Positions 42,796 through 53,554 of a stretch of 64,000 nt of DNA are shown piece by piece (positions within the stretch are counted from its first letter, which is position 1; each line of letters begins with the position of its first letter). The DNA is from an uncultured cyanobacterium. GTDB taxonomy: Bacteria > Cyanobacteriota > Cyanobacteriia > Cyanobacteriales > Nostocaceae. The position numbers were made by a program, and so were the translations under genes. The DNA is taken from positions 3,392,001 through 3,456,000 of the forward strand of contig OY970166.1 in NCBI GenBank assembly GCA_963706595.1, given 5' to 3'. The notes under the pieces were generated by a model, which saw only the letters and a list, made by a program, of their open reading frames with translations, did not search any database and was not told the DNA's origin.

Positions 42796-43695
42796 TTAAC
42801 GCTTACGGCCTTGGTGTCGGCGTTGTTGTTGTTGTTGTTGTTGGTGTTGTTGTTGGTGTTGGTGTTGGTGGGTGTTGGTGTTGGTGTTGGTGTTGGTGTT
42901 GGTGTTGGTGTTGGTGTTGGTGTTGGTGTTGGTGTCGGTTCGGTGTTGGTGTTGGTGTTGGTGTTGGTGTTGGTGTTGGTGTTGGTGTTGGTGTTGGTGT
43001 TGGTGTTGGTGTTGGTGTTGGTGTTGGTGTTGGTGTTGGTGTTGGTGTTGGTGTTGGTGTTGGTGTTGGTGTTGTTGTTGGTCGTTGTTGTTGTTGTTCG
43101 TTGTTGGTGTTGTTGTCGGCGTTGGTGTCGGTCTCGGTGTCGGTGTCGGTGTCGGTGTTGGTCGCGGCGTTGGTGTTGGTGTCGGTGTCGGTCGCGGCGT
43201 TGGTGTCGGCTCAGTGCTAGGCTGAGTTATAATTTTCCTTGCCTCTTCATTCAACATCTGGCGGAATCGCAAATTAGCAATGCCGGTTTCTTCCATCTGA
43301 AATTTTTTCTGAGCCTCCTTCACCGCCCTTTCTGTCTGAGTTCCATAGAACTGATCACGGGGTAAAGGAGTGGCTGGTTGAAGTACCGCATTCAAATTTC
43401 CTTGCAAAATTTGCACAATAGTAGCTGCAAAATCTTGGGTTTGAGGACCTGCTATACCATCAATAGTCAGCTTATAACCCCGTTGAAATTCTCTGATTGC
43501 CTTTCTCGTTTCCTCATCTGTGAGAGAGGTATTTGTTACCTTCACGTCATAGCCTAATCCCCGCAATACAGCGCGGAATTCGGCTGGCGTATAATTACGC
43601 TGACGAGCCGCAAAAGTTGTATCCGAGACTACCAGACTAGCAGTTACGAAGGTAACTGCAATTGTCATACCGGATTTTCCCAATCCACACCACAT
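42796..43695 (-). CDS. Peptidoglycan-binding domain protein with low-complexity (PT)n tail, out of frame within the repeat
   Basis: [19 protein letters not shown]; (ACACCA)n tract read successively as PT, HQ and TN. Confidence 0.8.
   Translation of the reverse strand: MWCGLGKSGMTIAVTFVTASLVVSDTTFAARQRNYTPAEFRAVLRGLGYDVKVTNTSLTDEETRKAIREFQRGYKLTIDGIAGPQTQDFAATIVQILQGNLNAVLQPATPLPRDQFYGTQTERAVKEAQKKFQMEETGIANLRFRQMLNEEARKIITQPSTEPTPTPRPTPTPTPTPRPTPTPTPTPRPTPTPTTTPTTNNNNNDQQQHQHQHQHQHQHQHQHQHQHQHQHQHQHQHQHQHQHQHQHQHQHRTDTNTNTNTNTNTNTNTNTNTNTHQHQHQQQHQQQQQQQRRHQGRKR
42820..43210. repeat. (TGGTGT)n hexanucleotide microsatellite
   Basis: About 390 bp of near-pure TGGTGT/TGT units. Confidence 0.95.
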
Positions 43696-43821
43696 AATTT
43701 AAACTCCTTTTGGTTAAACCAACAATATTCAGAAGTATATAGAAATTTACAAACAAATTTCACATTAATTTAAACTTTATGTTCAAAATCATCAAGGATT
43801 GTTGATTAATGTAAATTTATG

Positions 43822-43887
43822 TATTTTGGCAAGGTAGACAAGAACTACACTAGCCAAATATGTCCAAATTCTCAGGCACATACAGGT
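43822..43887 (+). pseudogene. tnpB: Tiny tnpB zinc-ribbon remnant
   Basis: Manual translation YFGKVDKNYTSQICPNSQAHTG matches the TnpB V...YTSQ.CP.CG motif with the second Cys lost. Confidence 0.6.
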
Positions 43888-43942
43888 AATAACTATGCAA
43901 CGAAAATAAGTGCATTTTTATGTATAAAAAAACAGAAAAATA

Positions 43943-45391
43943 ATGACTAAACGAAAATCAGCAAAACGGCAAAACCTAATCTTTGAAAGATTGATGGCAT
44001 TAATTGCCACAGTGAATTTAGGCTTAGTGTTGTTTGATTTGAGTTACGTACCTTGGCGGGATTTCTATTTGCGGAATTTTGCACAAATCACCCAAATTTA
44101 TGATCCCGTTAAGGGAATTGAAGACCATAGAGAAACGAAAAATTATTTAAACAGAATAGACGCACTCCAAGAACAGGTGAGTCAAACGAGGTTAACTTCA
44201 CCAGAGGCCAAGGCTAAATTAGAGGAACTTGAACGTCTGAGCCGCGAAATGGTTGATAGTAATCCATTTGCAGCAGTGAATAAAAGTGGTAACTTTGAAA
44301 AAGCTAAAAATCGGATGCGCGATCGCATCGGTGAAGAATCAGCAAAAGAGTCTTTTTCCCGATTTTGGAGTCCAGAATATTTATCGCCACAGCGCTGGAA
44401 CCAAGAAATTGATTTTTTTAACAGAGAAATCCGCCCTTTAATCGCCACCAACTATTTCCGCCGGATGGGTGAAAACGGCGAGCTTGTAGATAATTTTTGG
44501 CTGATTGACTTACCCTTTGTCTTGTTATTTGGTGCAGAGTTGTTGGCGCGTTCCTTTTATCTGCGCCGTCGTCACCCCAGTTTTACTTGGGTAAATGCCA
44601 TATTGTGGCGGTGGTACGACCTATTTTTTCTGTTTCCTTTTGTGCGGTGGTTACGCATCATACCCGTAATTATTCGTCTTGACCAAGCCCGGTTATTGAA
44701 TCTGCAACCGTTACAGCAGCAAATAAATCAATCCATAGTAGCTAACTTTGCCGAGGATCTCACAGAAATAGTCGTAGTTAGAGTAATTAACCAGATTCAA
44801 GGATCAATTCGTCGCGGTGATCTCACTGGCTGGCTGACGCAAAAAGAGAATTTGCGACCCTACATAGATATTAATAATACAAATGAAGTCGAAGCGATCG
44901 CCGGAATTTTGGTGCAAACATTAGTTTATCAAGTCCTACCCAAAATTCGACCAGAAATCATTGCCATTTTACGTCACAACATTGCCAATACAATCAATCA
45001 AGTCCCCGTCTACCGCAACCTCCACAATATTCCGGGGATAGGAAATATGCAAAACCAACTCAGCGAACAACTAGCAACTCAAATCACCGCCAACCTTTAC
45101 AGCGCAGTGACTGCGGCCATAGAAGATCCCGTGGGAGCAAAACTTTCCAGTCAACTGGGCGAAAGCTTCACCAAAGCCTTGGGAGAAGAGGTGCAGCAAA
45201 AACACGTACTTGACGAAATTCAAAACTTAATGTCCGACTTCCTCGAAGAAGTCAAGCTCAACTATGTCCAGCGCTTATCCCAAGAAGACATAGACCAGAT
45301 TATGGAGCAAACTAGACAGCTAAGAACAAAACCATCAGTTCAGCCCTTAGTAGATAAAAGTCCTATTCTTCCAGTCAAGAAGCAAACTTAG
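43943..45391 (+). CDS. Conserved hypothetical membrane protein
   Basis: 482-aa ORF with TM segments and WRWYD..FLFPF.RWLR. Confidence 0.8.
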   Translation: MTKRKSAKRQNLIFERLMALIATVNLGLVLFDLSYVPWRDFYLRNFAQITQIYDPVKGIEDHRETKNYLNRIDALQEQVSQTRLTSPEAKAKLEELERLSREMVDSNPFAAVNKSGNFEKAKNRMRDRIGEESAKESFSRFWSPEYLSPQRWNQEIDFFNREIRPLIATNYFRRMGENGELVDNFWLIDLPFVLLFGAELLARSFYLRRRHPSFTWVNAILWRWYDLFFLFPFVRWLRIIPVIIRLDQARLLNLQPLQQQINQSIVANFAEDLTEIVVVRVINQIQGSIRRGDLTGWLTQKENLRPYIDINNTNEVEAIAGILVQTLVYQVLPKIRPEIIAILRHNIANTINQVPVYRNLHNIPGIGNMQNQLSEQLATQITANLYSAVTAAIEDPVGAKLSSQLGESFTKALGEEVQQKHVLDEIQNLMSDFLEEVKLNYVQRLSQEDIDQIMEQTRQLRTKPSVQPLVDKSPILPVKKQT

Positions 45392-45580
45392 CGAAAGATG
45401 AAGAAGATCAGCGAAATGAGAGGGACAAGGGCAGAAAAAATTGACCAATGACTAATGACTAATGACTAATGACCAATGACTATTGACTATTGACTATTAA
45501 AGAAATGCGCTAAACTCGGAATAGAGACGAACCATTATTGATTCGTCACAAGACTTCTTGGAAGATATCCCTATCGCAGG

Positions 45581-45605
45581 AAGTGGGTCTATGCCCACTT
45601 TTTTT
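45581..45605 (+). promoter_or_regulatory. rimP leader hairpin (terminator-like)
   Basis: AAGTGGG-TCTATG-CCCACTT plus T tract directly upstream of rimP. Confidence 0.65.
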
Positions 45606-45618
45606 ATTGAAATTTCGC

Positions 45619-46080
45619 ATGACTCATCCTTTAGTTCCACAAATTATCGATTTAGCGACACCAGTAGCAGCAGAACTGGGCTTGGAAGTCGTTGGCATAG
45701 TTTTCCACACTAACCAGCGCCCACCAGTATTACGGGTAGACATCCGCAATCCCCAGGATGATACTGGTTTGAATGATTGTGAGCGCATGAGTCGTGCTTT
45801 AGAAGCTTCCTTAGATGCGGCAGAGATCATTCCAGATGCTTATGTCTTGGAAGTATCCAGTCCGGGAATTTCACGACAATTAATAACAGACAGAGAGTTT
45901 ATTTCCTTCAAAGGATTTCCGATAATCGTCTCCACTTCCCAACCCTACGACGGACAACAAGAGTGGATTGGTCAGTTGATTCGCCGGGATGAAACCACTG
46001 TTTACTTAAACCAAAAAGGGCGCGCGATCGAGATTCCCCGCACCCTCATTACTAGGGTGCTGCTAGATGAGCGCCAATAG
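45619..46080 (+). CDS. rimP: Ribosome maturation factor RimP
   Basis: [16 protein letters not shown]; first gene of the rimP-nusA-infB operon. Confidence 0.95.
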   Translation: MTHPLVPQIIDLATPVAAELGLEVVGIVFHTNQRPPVLRVDIRNPQDDTGLNDCERMSRALEASLDAAEIIPDAYVLEVSSPGISRQLITDREFISFKGFPIIVSTSQPYDGQQEWIGQLIRRDETTVYLNQKGRAIEIPRTLITRVLLDERQ

Positions 46081-46276
46081 ACGAGGAACTCAGCGCTAGG
46101 GGCTAGAGACTAAGAACTAGAAGCTAAAAAAGAGGGAATAGAGTCAAACTTTTCTCTAATCTCCAGTCTTTGATGCGTGGTTTCTCACTTCTCATCCTCT
46201 TGTACAGACGTGATTAATCGCGTCTGGGCTGTTTCTGATCTCTATTTTTTAAACTCGATTTTAAAGGAGATTGCTT

Positions 46277-47554
46277 ATGTCAATGGTTAGTTTACCAGGA
46301 TTAAAAGAATTAATTGAAAGTATCAGCCGCGAGCGCAATTTACCTCGTCTAGCAGTTCAATCAGCGATTAGAGAAGCATTACTTAAAGGCTACGAACGTT
46401 ATCGTCGCGCCCAAAACTTAGAAAGAAGACTGTTTGATGAAGAATATTTTGACAATTTTGAAGTAGAACTTGATATCGAAGGAGAAGGGTTTCGTGTTCT
46501 TTCCACTAAAAGTATTGTGGAAGCAGTCGATAACACTGACCATCAGATTTCCCTAGAGGAAGTACAACAAGTTGCTCCTGAAGCCCAATTGGGAGATTCT
46601 GTAGTGCTAGATGTCACGCCAGATCAAGGTGAATTTGGTCGCATGGCAGCAATGCAAACCAAGCAAGTACTGGCGCAGAAACTCCGGGATCAACAACGCC
46701 AAATGGTGCAAGAAGAATTCCAAGACTTGGAAGGAACTGTCTTGCAAGCCAGAGTTTTGCGGTTTGAGCGACAATCGGTGATTTTGGCAGTAGCTAGTAG
46801 CTTTGGTCAGCCAGAAGTGGAAGCAGAATTACCAAAGCGAGAACAGCTACCCAATGATAATTATCGCGCAAACGCCACGTTTAAGGTATATCTCAAAAAA
46901 GTTTCCCAAGGGCAACAACGGGGACCGCAGTTATTAGTTTCTCGCGCTGATGCTGGTTTGGTAGTTTATCTATTTGCCAACGAAGTCCCAGAAATTGAGG
47001 ATGAAGTGGTCAGAATTGTTGCCGTAGCACGAGAAGCTAACCCCCCTTCCCGTTATGTCGGCCCTCGGACTAAAATTGCTGTAGATACCCTTGATCGCGA
47101 TGTAGATCCAGTTGGCGCTTGTATTGGAGCCAGGGGATCACGCATTCAGGTAGTAGTCAACGAATTACGCGGCGAAAAAATAGATGTGATTCGCTGGTCT
47201 CCAGACCCATCCACATATATTGCTAACGCCTTGAGTCCGGCACGGGTAGATGAAGTCCGCCTCATGGACCCCGAAACCCGCCAAACTCACGTACTTGTGG
47301 CTGAAGACCAACTGAGTTTAGCTATTGGTAAAGAAGGTCAAAATGTCCGGTTGGCAGCCCGGTTAACCGGTTGGAAAATCGACATTAAAGACAAAGCTAA
47401 GTACGATTATTCAGGAGAGGATACTAAATTCGCGGCGGCACGAGCCAAATATCAACCAGAGGAAGATGATCTTGAACTAGAGGAGCTAGATTATGAAAAT
47501 CAGGAACAACTAGAAGAGGAAGAGGAATCTTTTGAGACGAGTGATCAAGATTAA
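46277..47554 (+). CDS. nusA: Transcription termination factor NusA
   Basis: FGRMAAMQTKQ, EVPEI, DPVGACIGARGSRI, AIGKEGQNVRLA. Confidence 0.97.
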   Translation: MSMVSLPGLKELIESISRERNLPRLAVQSAIREALLKGYERYRRAQNLERRLFDEEYFDNFEVELDIEGEGFRVLSTKSIVEAVDNTDHQISLEEVQQVAPEAQLGDSVVLDVTPDQGEFGRMAAMQTKQVLAQKLRDQQRQMVQEEFQDLEGTVLQARVLRFERQSVILAVASSFGQPEVEAELPKREQLPNDNYRANATFKVYLKKVSQGQQRGPQLLVSRADAGLVVYLFANEVPEIEDEVVRIVAVAREANPPSRYVGPRTKIAVDTLDRDVDPVGACIGARGSRIQVVVNELRGEKIDVIRWSPDPSTYIANALSPARVDEVRLMDPETRQTHVLVAEDQLSLAIGKEGQNVRLAARLTGWKIDIKDKAKYDYSGEDTKFAAARAKYQPEEDDLELEELDYENQEQLEEEEESFETSDQD

Positions 47555-47702
47555 TTTATTAGTCTGATGGAGTTCTGCTACTATTGACAACATTCCTAGT
47601 CTTAATGATTACACCGAATCAATCATTCCCATGTCAGTGAAGATTGGTAAAGCCAACTTTATTTTCATCACCAGATTGCTCACCTGTAGTCAAATCAGAC
47701 CA

Positions 47703-47972
47703 ATGAAACCAAATTATCGGCGTTGTATAAGTTGCCGCAAAGTAGGCTTGAAAGAAGACTTTTGGCGGATTGTCCGCGTCTTTCCATCTGGAAAGGTACA
47801 ATTAGATCAGGGCATGGGGCGTTCTGCCTATATCTGCCCCCAAATGAGTTGCCTACAAGCAGCTCAGAAAAAAAATCGACTAGGGCGATCGCTACGTGCG
47901 TCAGTGCCAGAAACACTGTACCAAACATTGTGGCAACGTCTAGCCCAAAGCCATCCCCAAAATCAAAATTAA
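47703..47972 (+). CDS. ylxR: YlxR/RnpM family RNA-binding protein
   Basis: RRCISCR, GRSAYICP; located between nusA and infB. Confidence 0.9.
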   Translation: MKPNYRRCISCRKVGLKEDFWRIVRVFPSGKVQLDQGMGRSAYICPQMSCLQAAQKKNRLGRSLRASVPETLYQTLWQRLAQSHPQNQN

Positions 47973-48390
47973 AATTAGGTAAAAAAACCTACTGGCGGTA
48001 ATCCCCAGAGGTACTTGTGCATCAAGCCGACTCTGCAATTCATGGGGTGAATGCCAAAATAGTAAATGGGTGTAGTCAGACTGCGGCTTTTTTACAAGAA
48101 GAGTAGCAGAACAATACTCCCAACAAGTTTTACTCGATTGTGTTGTGGAAGACTCAGAATCAGCAAAACAAAAAACTAAAAAATGGCAACCTGGTAGCGC
48201 TCAGGCGCACCTTGGCATCAACCATCATTCCAGGTGGGAATGCCAGAGTTAAACCGAAACATCTCTCTTTCCTGACTGGAGGCACCGGCAAAATCACCAA
48301 GGGCAACCTAAAAACAGTAATCAAAGGATGGAGATGTCGAAAACCAGGCAACCATCCGCTAAAAAACTGTAAATTAAAGGGGAAGAGTGG

Positions 48391-51300
48391 ATGAACAACG
48401 GCAAAGTTAGAATCTACGAATTATCAAAGGAATTGAATTTGGATAACAAAGAGCTATTAGCAATCTGCGACCAGCTCAACATTGCGGTCAAAAGTCATAG
48501 CAGCACTATTTCAGAATCCGAGGCAGAACGCATCCGCACAACTGCCGAAAGACTGATAGCAAGCAATGCGATGCATAAAAAAGAACAAGGTATATCCAGC
48601 CATAAGTCAAATGCATCACAGACAGGCGATCGCAATCGACCTACCCCACCTCACAAACAGCAAATTTTGGAAATCCGCAAACCCAAAATATTGAGAAATA
48701 CTACCTCCAACGCCCCAGAAGCTTCAGTTGCTCATGATAGCCAACAAGCTTCCTCGGAAGTTAATTCTACTTCAGCACCACAGCCATCCGATACACTAGT
48801 CTCACCCATGAAGCCGACGGCACCAATTCGACCTGTACCCCGGAATCAATCTGAGACCTCGCCAGAAGCTGCAAGCACACCAGCAGATCAAGTTTCTAAG
48901 ACAGAGGCACCGGAAACAATAGCTACGGGAAAACCTGAACAAGCTGGCACTGAGCGCAGCCGAAGTGCGGTTTCACCGAGACCAAAAGCGGAAAAACCCC
49001 AAAAACCGCATCTGGTCTCCCCACCAGCCCGTCCGGCGGCGGAGAATTCTCATGTAGCCGCTGAACAGCTAACTCCAGCAGAGAAACCATTACTCAAACG
49101 AGATCAAAGCAAGCCAAAGGTTGCAAAGTCAACCACAACGGATAGCCCACAGGCTCCAGTTCCAAAACAAGCTCGTCCTACCCCATCTCCAACGAGATCC
49201 GAGCCAAGAGGAAATAGACCTCCCGGACAATCACCACTGGCAGATGGGCCAAGACCCAGCCGTCCAGTACGTCCATCTGAAGTTGTAGCGGCAATGCCGA
49301 TTGCTACACCACCTAGACCCATGTCAGGCGGACAAGGAAAAGAGGATCTCAGCAATGATCGAGTTACAGCCGAACTACTTGATTTAAAACGCCCCACCCC
49401 ACCGCGTCTAGCCAAAGGGGGTAAAAAGTGGCAAGAAGAAGAAATTATTGACGAAATCAAGGAAAAGGCTGGCAAGCTAGGGGTTAAAGGCAAGCGAGTC
49501 AAACCAGTTGTTGAGGACGACTTTGAAGAAGACGATTTACTCGATGATGAGGATCAAGACTCACCAGCTACCGTCCAAGTTAGTCTTTCCATCGCCCGTC
49601 CTCCCAAACCAAAAGCAGCTCGATCTGCACAGTCACCCACTGCCGCAGTTATTAGCGCCCCCACGACTAGAAAGAAAAGATCCTTTTCTTCTCGTCGCGA
49701 CCACAACCGTCGCCAAGAAGTCGATACCAAACTAGATCGTCCAGAAAAAGTAGAGATTACAGGGCCAATGACAGTCCAAGAACTGTCTGATCTTTTGGCT
49801 GTTGCTGATACAGAGATTGTAAAAATCCTGTTCCTCAAAGGCATGGCGGTGAGCATCACCCAAAATTTAGATATTCCCACCATTAATTTGGTCGGTAAAG
49901 AGCTAGAAATTGAAATCGAAACCACCGAACGAGAAGCAGAAGCCCGCAAAGTCACAGAAATGTTGGATGTGGCAGATATGCAACTGCTCCAACGTCGTCC
50001 GCCAGTCGTGACAATTATGGGTCACGTAGACCACGGTAAGACAACTCTGCTCGATTCCATTCGCAAAACCAAAGTAGCTTCTGGTGAAGCTGGTGGTATT
50101 ACCCAGCATATTGGTGCATACCATGTGGATGTGGAACACGACGGCAAAGCACAGCAAATCGTCTTCTTAGACACTCCCGGACACGAAGCGTTTACAGCAA
50201 TGCGCGCACGGGGTGCGAGAGTCACTGACATTGCCATCTTGGTAGTAGCTGCTGATGACGGTGTTCGTCCCCAAACCATAGAAGCTATTAGCCATGCTCA
50301 AGCCGCCGAAGTCCCAATTGTTGTAGCTATCAACAAAATTGATAAAGAAGGCGCACAGCCAGACCGCGTTAAACAAGAACTGACTCAGTATGGTCTCACA
50401 CCTGAAGAATGGGGTGGTGAAACTATCATGGTTCCTGTGAGTGCTATCAAGGGTGAAAACCTCGATACTCTCTTAGAAATGATTCTGCTAGTCGCAGAAG
50501 TGGGAGAACTATCTGCTAACCCAGATCGTTCTGCTAAGGGAACAGTCATTGAGGCGCATCTGGATAAGGCTAAAGGCGCAGTTGCTACCTTGCTGATTCA
50601 GAATGGGACCCTGCACGTGGGCGATATGTTAGTAGCTGGCTCGGCATTTGGTAAAGTGCGGGCAATGGTCGATGACAGAGGCAAGAGAGTAGACATTGCT
50701 AGTCCTTCCTTTGCTGTGGAGGTACTAGGTTTAAGCGATGTGCCAGGCGCAGGCGATGACTTTGAAGTATTCGCTAATGAAAAAGAAGCCCGGACTTTAG
50801 CCGCAACTCGCGCCGACAAACAGCGTCTATCCCGCCTGTTACAAGGACGTATTACTCTGACAACTCTTTCAGCACAAGCACAAGAAGGCGAGTTAAAAGA
50901 ACTCAACTTGATCTTGAAGGGAGATGTCCAAGGTTCTGTGGAAGCCATTGTGGGATCACTCAGACAAATCCCCCAAAACGAAGTTCAAATTCGGATGCTA
51001 TTGGCTACTGCTGGAGAAATAACTGAAACAGATATTGACCTAGCCGCAGCCAGTGGAGCCGTAATTATTGGCTTCAATACCACCTTTGCCAGTGGTGCGA
51101 GACAAGCCGCCGATGAATCTGGGGTGGATGTGAGGGAATACAATATCATCTACAAACTCTTGGAAGACATCCAAGGAGCCTTAGAAGGTCTTCTGGAACC
51201 AGAGTTGGTGGAAGAACCCCTTGGTCAAACCGAAGTTCGTGCCGTCTTCCCTGTCGGTCGTGGAGCCGTTGCTGGTTGCTATGTGCAGTCGGGTAAATTG

Positions 51301-51516
51301 GTTCGCAACTGCAAAGTGCGAGTGCGTCGTTCCGGTAAGGTGGTCTACGAAGGTGTGCTTGATTCCCTCAAACGAATCAAAGAAGATGCGCGAGAAGTTA
51401 ACTCCGGTTACGAATGCGGCATCAACATTGATAAATTCCATGACTGGGTTGAAGGGGACCTGATTGAAGCCTTCCAGATGGTAACTAAGCGACGTACACT
51501 CACACTAACGAAGTAG
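48391..51516 (+). CDS. infB: Translation initiation factor IF-2
   Basis: [31 protein letters not shown]. Confidence 0.98.
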   Translation: MNNGKVRIYELSKELNLDNKELLAICDQLNIAVKSHSSTISESEAERIRTTAERLIASNAMHKKEQGISSHKSNASQTGDRNRPTPPHKQQILEIRKPKILRNTTSNAPEASVAHDSQQASSEVNSTSAPQPSDTLVSPMKPTAPIRPVPRNQSETSPEAASTPADQVSKTEAPETIATGKPEQAGTERSRSAVSPRPKAEKPQKPHLVSPPARPAAENSHVAAEQLTPAEKPLLKRDQSKPKVAKSTTTDSPQAPVPKQARPTPSPTRSEPRGNRPPGQSPLADGPRPSRPVRPSEVVAAMPIATPPRPMSGGQGKEDLSNDRVTAELLDLKRPTPPRLAKGGKKWQEEEIIDEIKEKAGKLGVKGKRVKPVVEDDFEEDDLLDDEDQDSPATVQVSLSIARPPKPKAARSAQSPTAAVISAPTTRKKRSFSSRRDHNRRQEVDTKLDRPEKVEITGPMTVQELSDLLAVADTEIVKILFLKGMAVSITQNLDIPTINLVGKELEIEIETTEREAEARKVTEMLDVADMQLLQRRPPVVTIMGHVDHGKTTLLDSIRKTKVASGEAGGITQHIGAYHVDVEHDGKAQQIVFLDTPGHEAFTAMRARGARVTDIAILVVAADDGVRPQTIEAISHAQAAEVPIVVAINKIDKEGAQPDRVKQELTQYGLTPEEWGGETIMVPVSAIKGENLDTLLEMILLVAEVGELSANPDRSAKGTVIEAHLDKAKGAVATLLIQNGTLHVGDMLVAGSAFGKVRAMVDDRGKRVDIASPSFAVEVLGLSDVPGAGDDFEVFANEKEARTLAATRADKQRLSRLLQGRITLTTLSAQAQEGELKELNLILKGDVQGSVEAIVGSLRQIPQNEVQIRMLLATAGEITETDIDLAAASGAVIIGFNTTFASGARQAADESGVDVREYNIIYKLLEDIQGALEGLLEPELVEEPLGQTEVRAVFPVGRGAVAGCYVQSGKLVRNCKVRVRRSGKVVYEGVLDSLKRIKEDAREVNSGYECGINIDKFHDWVEGDLIEAFQMVTKRRTLTLTK

Positions 51517-51771
51517 TGTCGGTTACTAACTGCTGGGTCATGAGTAAAAATGATGAGTTTTGAGTTGAAAGGAGTTAACAACTCAAACTTCAAAACTCAT
51601 CCTCCTGCACTGGCGATGCCCGCTATGCTTACAGCATTCAGCAATGCCAGTTGCTACCCTACTAAGGGAAGCCGCCCTGGAGATAAAATCTTTTGCCGTC
51701 GCTCATGAAATCCTGATGGGAGAAAACCAGACTAACGCCGCACCAGCGTTTACAGCACTCATAAGTTTTAT

Positions 51772-52407
51772 ATGGCCTCATTTCGCACTGAACCTATATT
51801 GTGGATTCATGTCGCTGGATTGGCGATGTTGCCACTTTTTTTAGTCCTGTGTTTATTGTTTTTGTCTGTGGGTAAACCGTTTTTGCCAGTGTGGATGGAG
51901 TTATTTTTCGTCGCTGGTATTGGTGTTTTACCACTGTTATGGATGCAATTGCACCGCCCTTTTTATATATTTGCAATTTTGGGTGTAGCTCTGAAGCCGG
52001 AAAATCTCACGGAGCAACAGCGTAAAATCCTCTGTTTAATTAATACAAAGTTAAATCGTTTTTTGTCCTTGGTGGCAGCAATATTATTAATTGGAGTATT
52101 GTGGCAACTCTATCAGGTGGTTCCACAGCTAGAAAGTTTAGCTAAATTTCTACCCCAGTGGCGCGGCTTAGGTTTACTATTAGCTGGGTTAGCTTTTTTT
52201 GCCAGTAATATATTTTTACAAATACCCGTGAGTGTGGCGCGAGTTTTGGTGACCAATGAGACAGAATTTGCGGCGATAGAACCATTATCTTTAGAAAAGA
52301 TTCAGCAGGATTTTACTATTTTGGGTGTAAGGGTTAATCAAATTGTGCCTGGGATATTTCAATCCCTGAGAGAGATTAACATAAACCCACAAAAACCCTT
52401 AAAGTAG
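51772..52407 (+). CDS. Cyanobacterial low-complexity tail membrane protein
   Basis: EPILWIH, four TM helices, FLQIPVSV; typical position downstream of infB. Confidence 0.75.
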   Translation: MASFRTEPILWIHVAGLAMLPLFLVLCLLFLSVGKPFLPVWMELFFVAGIGVLPLLWMQLHRPFYIFAILGVALKPENLTEQQRKILCLINTKLNRFLSLVAAILLIGVLWQLYQVVPQLESLAKFLPQWRGLGLLLAGLAFFASNIFLQIPVSVARVLVTNETEFAAIEPLSLEKIQQDFTILGVRVNQIVPGIFQSLREININPQKPLK

Positions 52408-52518
52408 ACGCTGATGAGTGTGAAACAAGTTATGCACTTTTTTATCTAGGCAACGTCTTATGTGCTGAAAGTGAAAACTGCCATAACGGTTGAAGTTAAA
52501 ACGAAGGAATCAGGAACT

Positions 52519-52716
52519 ATGGCTCAAATTCCATCTGCTAGCGATCGCCAATTTTCTGCTGACCCGGAAATTTGGTATAGTCTAAAATGCGCGATCGCCA
52601 CTAGTTCAGGTTTTCAACGCTGGCAACTAGAACACAATACCCAATTGCAGGGACTTCACCTGGAAAAACAGGTACAAAGATATTTACGAGAAACCTTAGA
52701 AACTTTAGCTTATTAG
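52519..52716 (+). CDS. Conserved cyanobacterial hypothetical protein
   Basis: W.SLK.AIA.SSGFQRW...YLRETLETLAY pattern. Confidence 0.8.
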   Translation: MAQIPSASDRQFSADPEIWYSLKCAIATSSGFQRWQLEHNTQLQGLHLEKQVQRYLRETLETLAY

Positions 52717-52720
52717 CTTA

Positions 52721-53293
52721 CTAAAATTTGAGCAAATCTTGTAGACCTACTTGCAAACGGCGGAGTTGATGGTAAGCATTTTCTAAACGTTCTCCATCAA
52801 CTTCTACATTTGTCGTCGGATAATTTTCAATTATTTCTAGCAACGTCACCTGCCCATCTTCACTAGCCGAGAGTACCAAAGCTGCGCGTAAAGCTTGTCG
52901 GTCGGCTGTCCGGGATGGCGTATGAATAACTTGACTCAGTTGATCAAGGATCACGTTACCAATTAGGCTATTCAAAATTCTATCTAAAATCACCACATCA
53001 ACTTTAACAGGTGTGGTCAAATATGGACGAATTGTTTTGGGGTCTTGTTGCGCTAAAGCAAAATTAACTCGCAGTGAGCGTGAGAGTTCGCCAGTTTTGG
53101 CAAAAGTGGATAGTTCTTCTACTGAAATTGATTCCCGGAAAATACCGTATTTCAGCCCTACTTGTTCAGCCGCCAAGGCAGAAGTTTGGCAAAATAACAC
53201 ACACATACTAACTACAAATAAGGCTCGGCGCAGCACTATAAACTGATACAGCATATTTCTAGGTTGACTTTTCCTAGAATCATAACCATCCAA
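52721..53293 (-). CDS. DUF1400 alpha/beta hydrolase-associated protein
   Basis: AAEQV.LKYG, ALRAALVLSA, LLEIIENYP; start uncertain. Confidence 0.8.
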   Translation of the reverse strand: MDGYDSRKSQPRNMLYQFIVLRRALFVVSMCVLFCQTSALAAEQVGLKYGIFRESISVEELSTFAKTGELSRSLRVNFALAQQDPKTIRPYLTTPVKVDVVILDRILNSLIGNVILDQLSQVIHTPSRTADRQALRAALVLSASEDGQVTLLEIIENYPTTNVEVDGERLENAYHQLRRLQVGLQDLLKF

Positions 53294-53554
53294 GTTAATT
53301 GCGGCATCTGGCTCTAGGTATCTATTGGCGGCAAACCCTGTGTTCCAGGCACATATTTATACTTTTAATGTAATTATTAAACGCTTCTTGTTGCCCTAAA
53401 TTAGCTATAAACATACCTACGTTGAAAATTTGATCAGAAACTTAGCTAATTAATTGCTAGTCATCAAATATAGTTTGGCATGGATTAAATAGCTCTTAGC
53501 TGCTATATTTGACCCTGTTTAACCAACTGTAATTCCACTAACCACAAACATAAA

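Noticed and set aside
42793..43365. Plus-strand (VL)n/(VG)n/(CW)n ORFs
   Set aside because: Antisense readings of the hexamer microsatellite
47973..48390. 84-aa ORF or riboswitch upstream of infB
   Set aside because: No recognisable protein or RNA motif; probably a long leader
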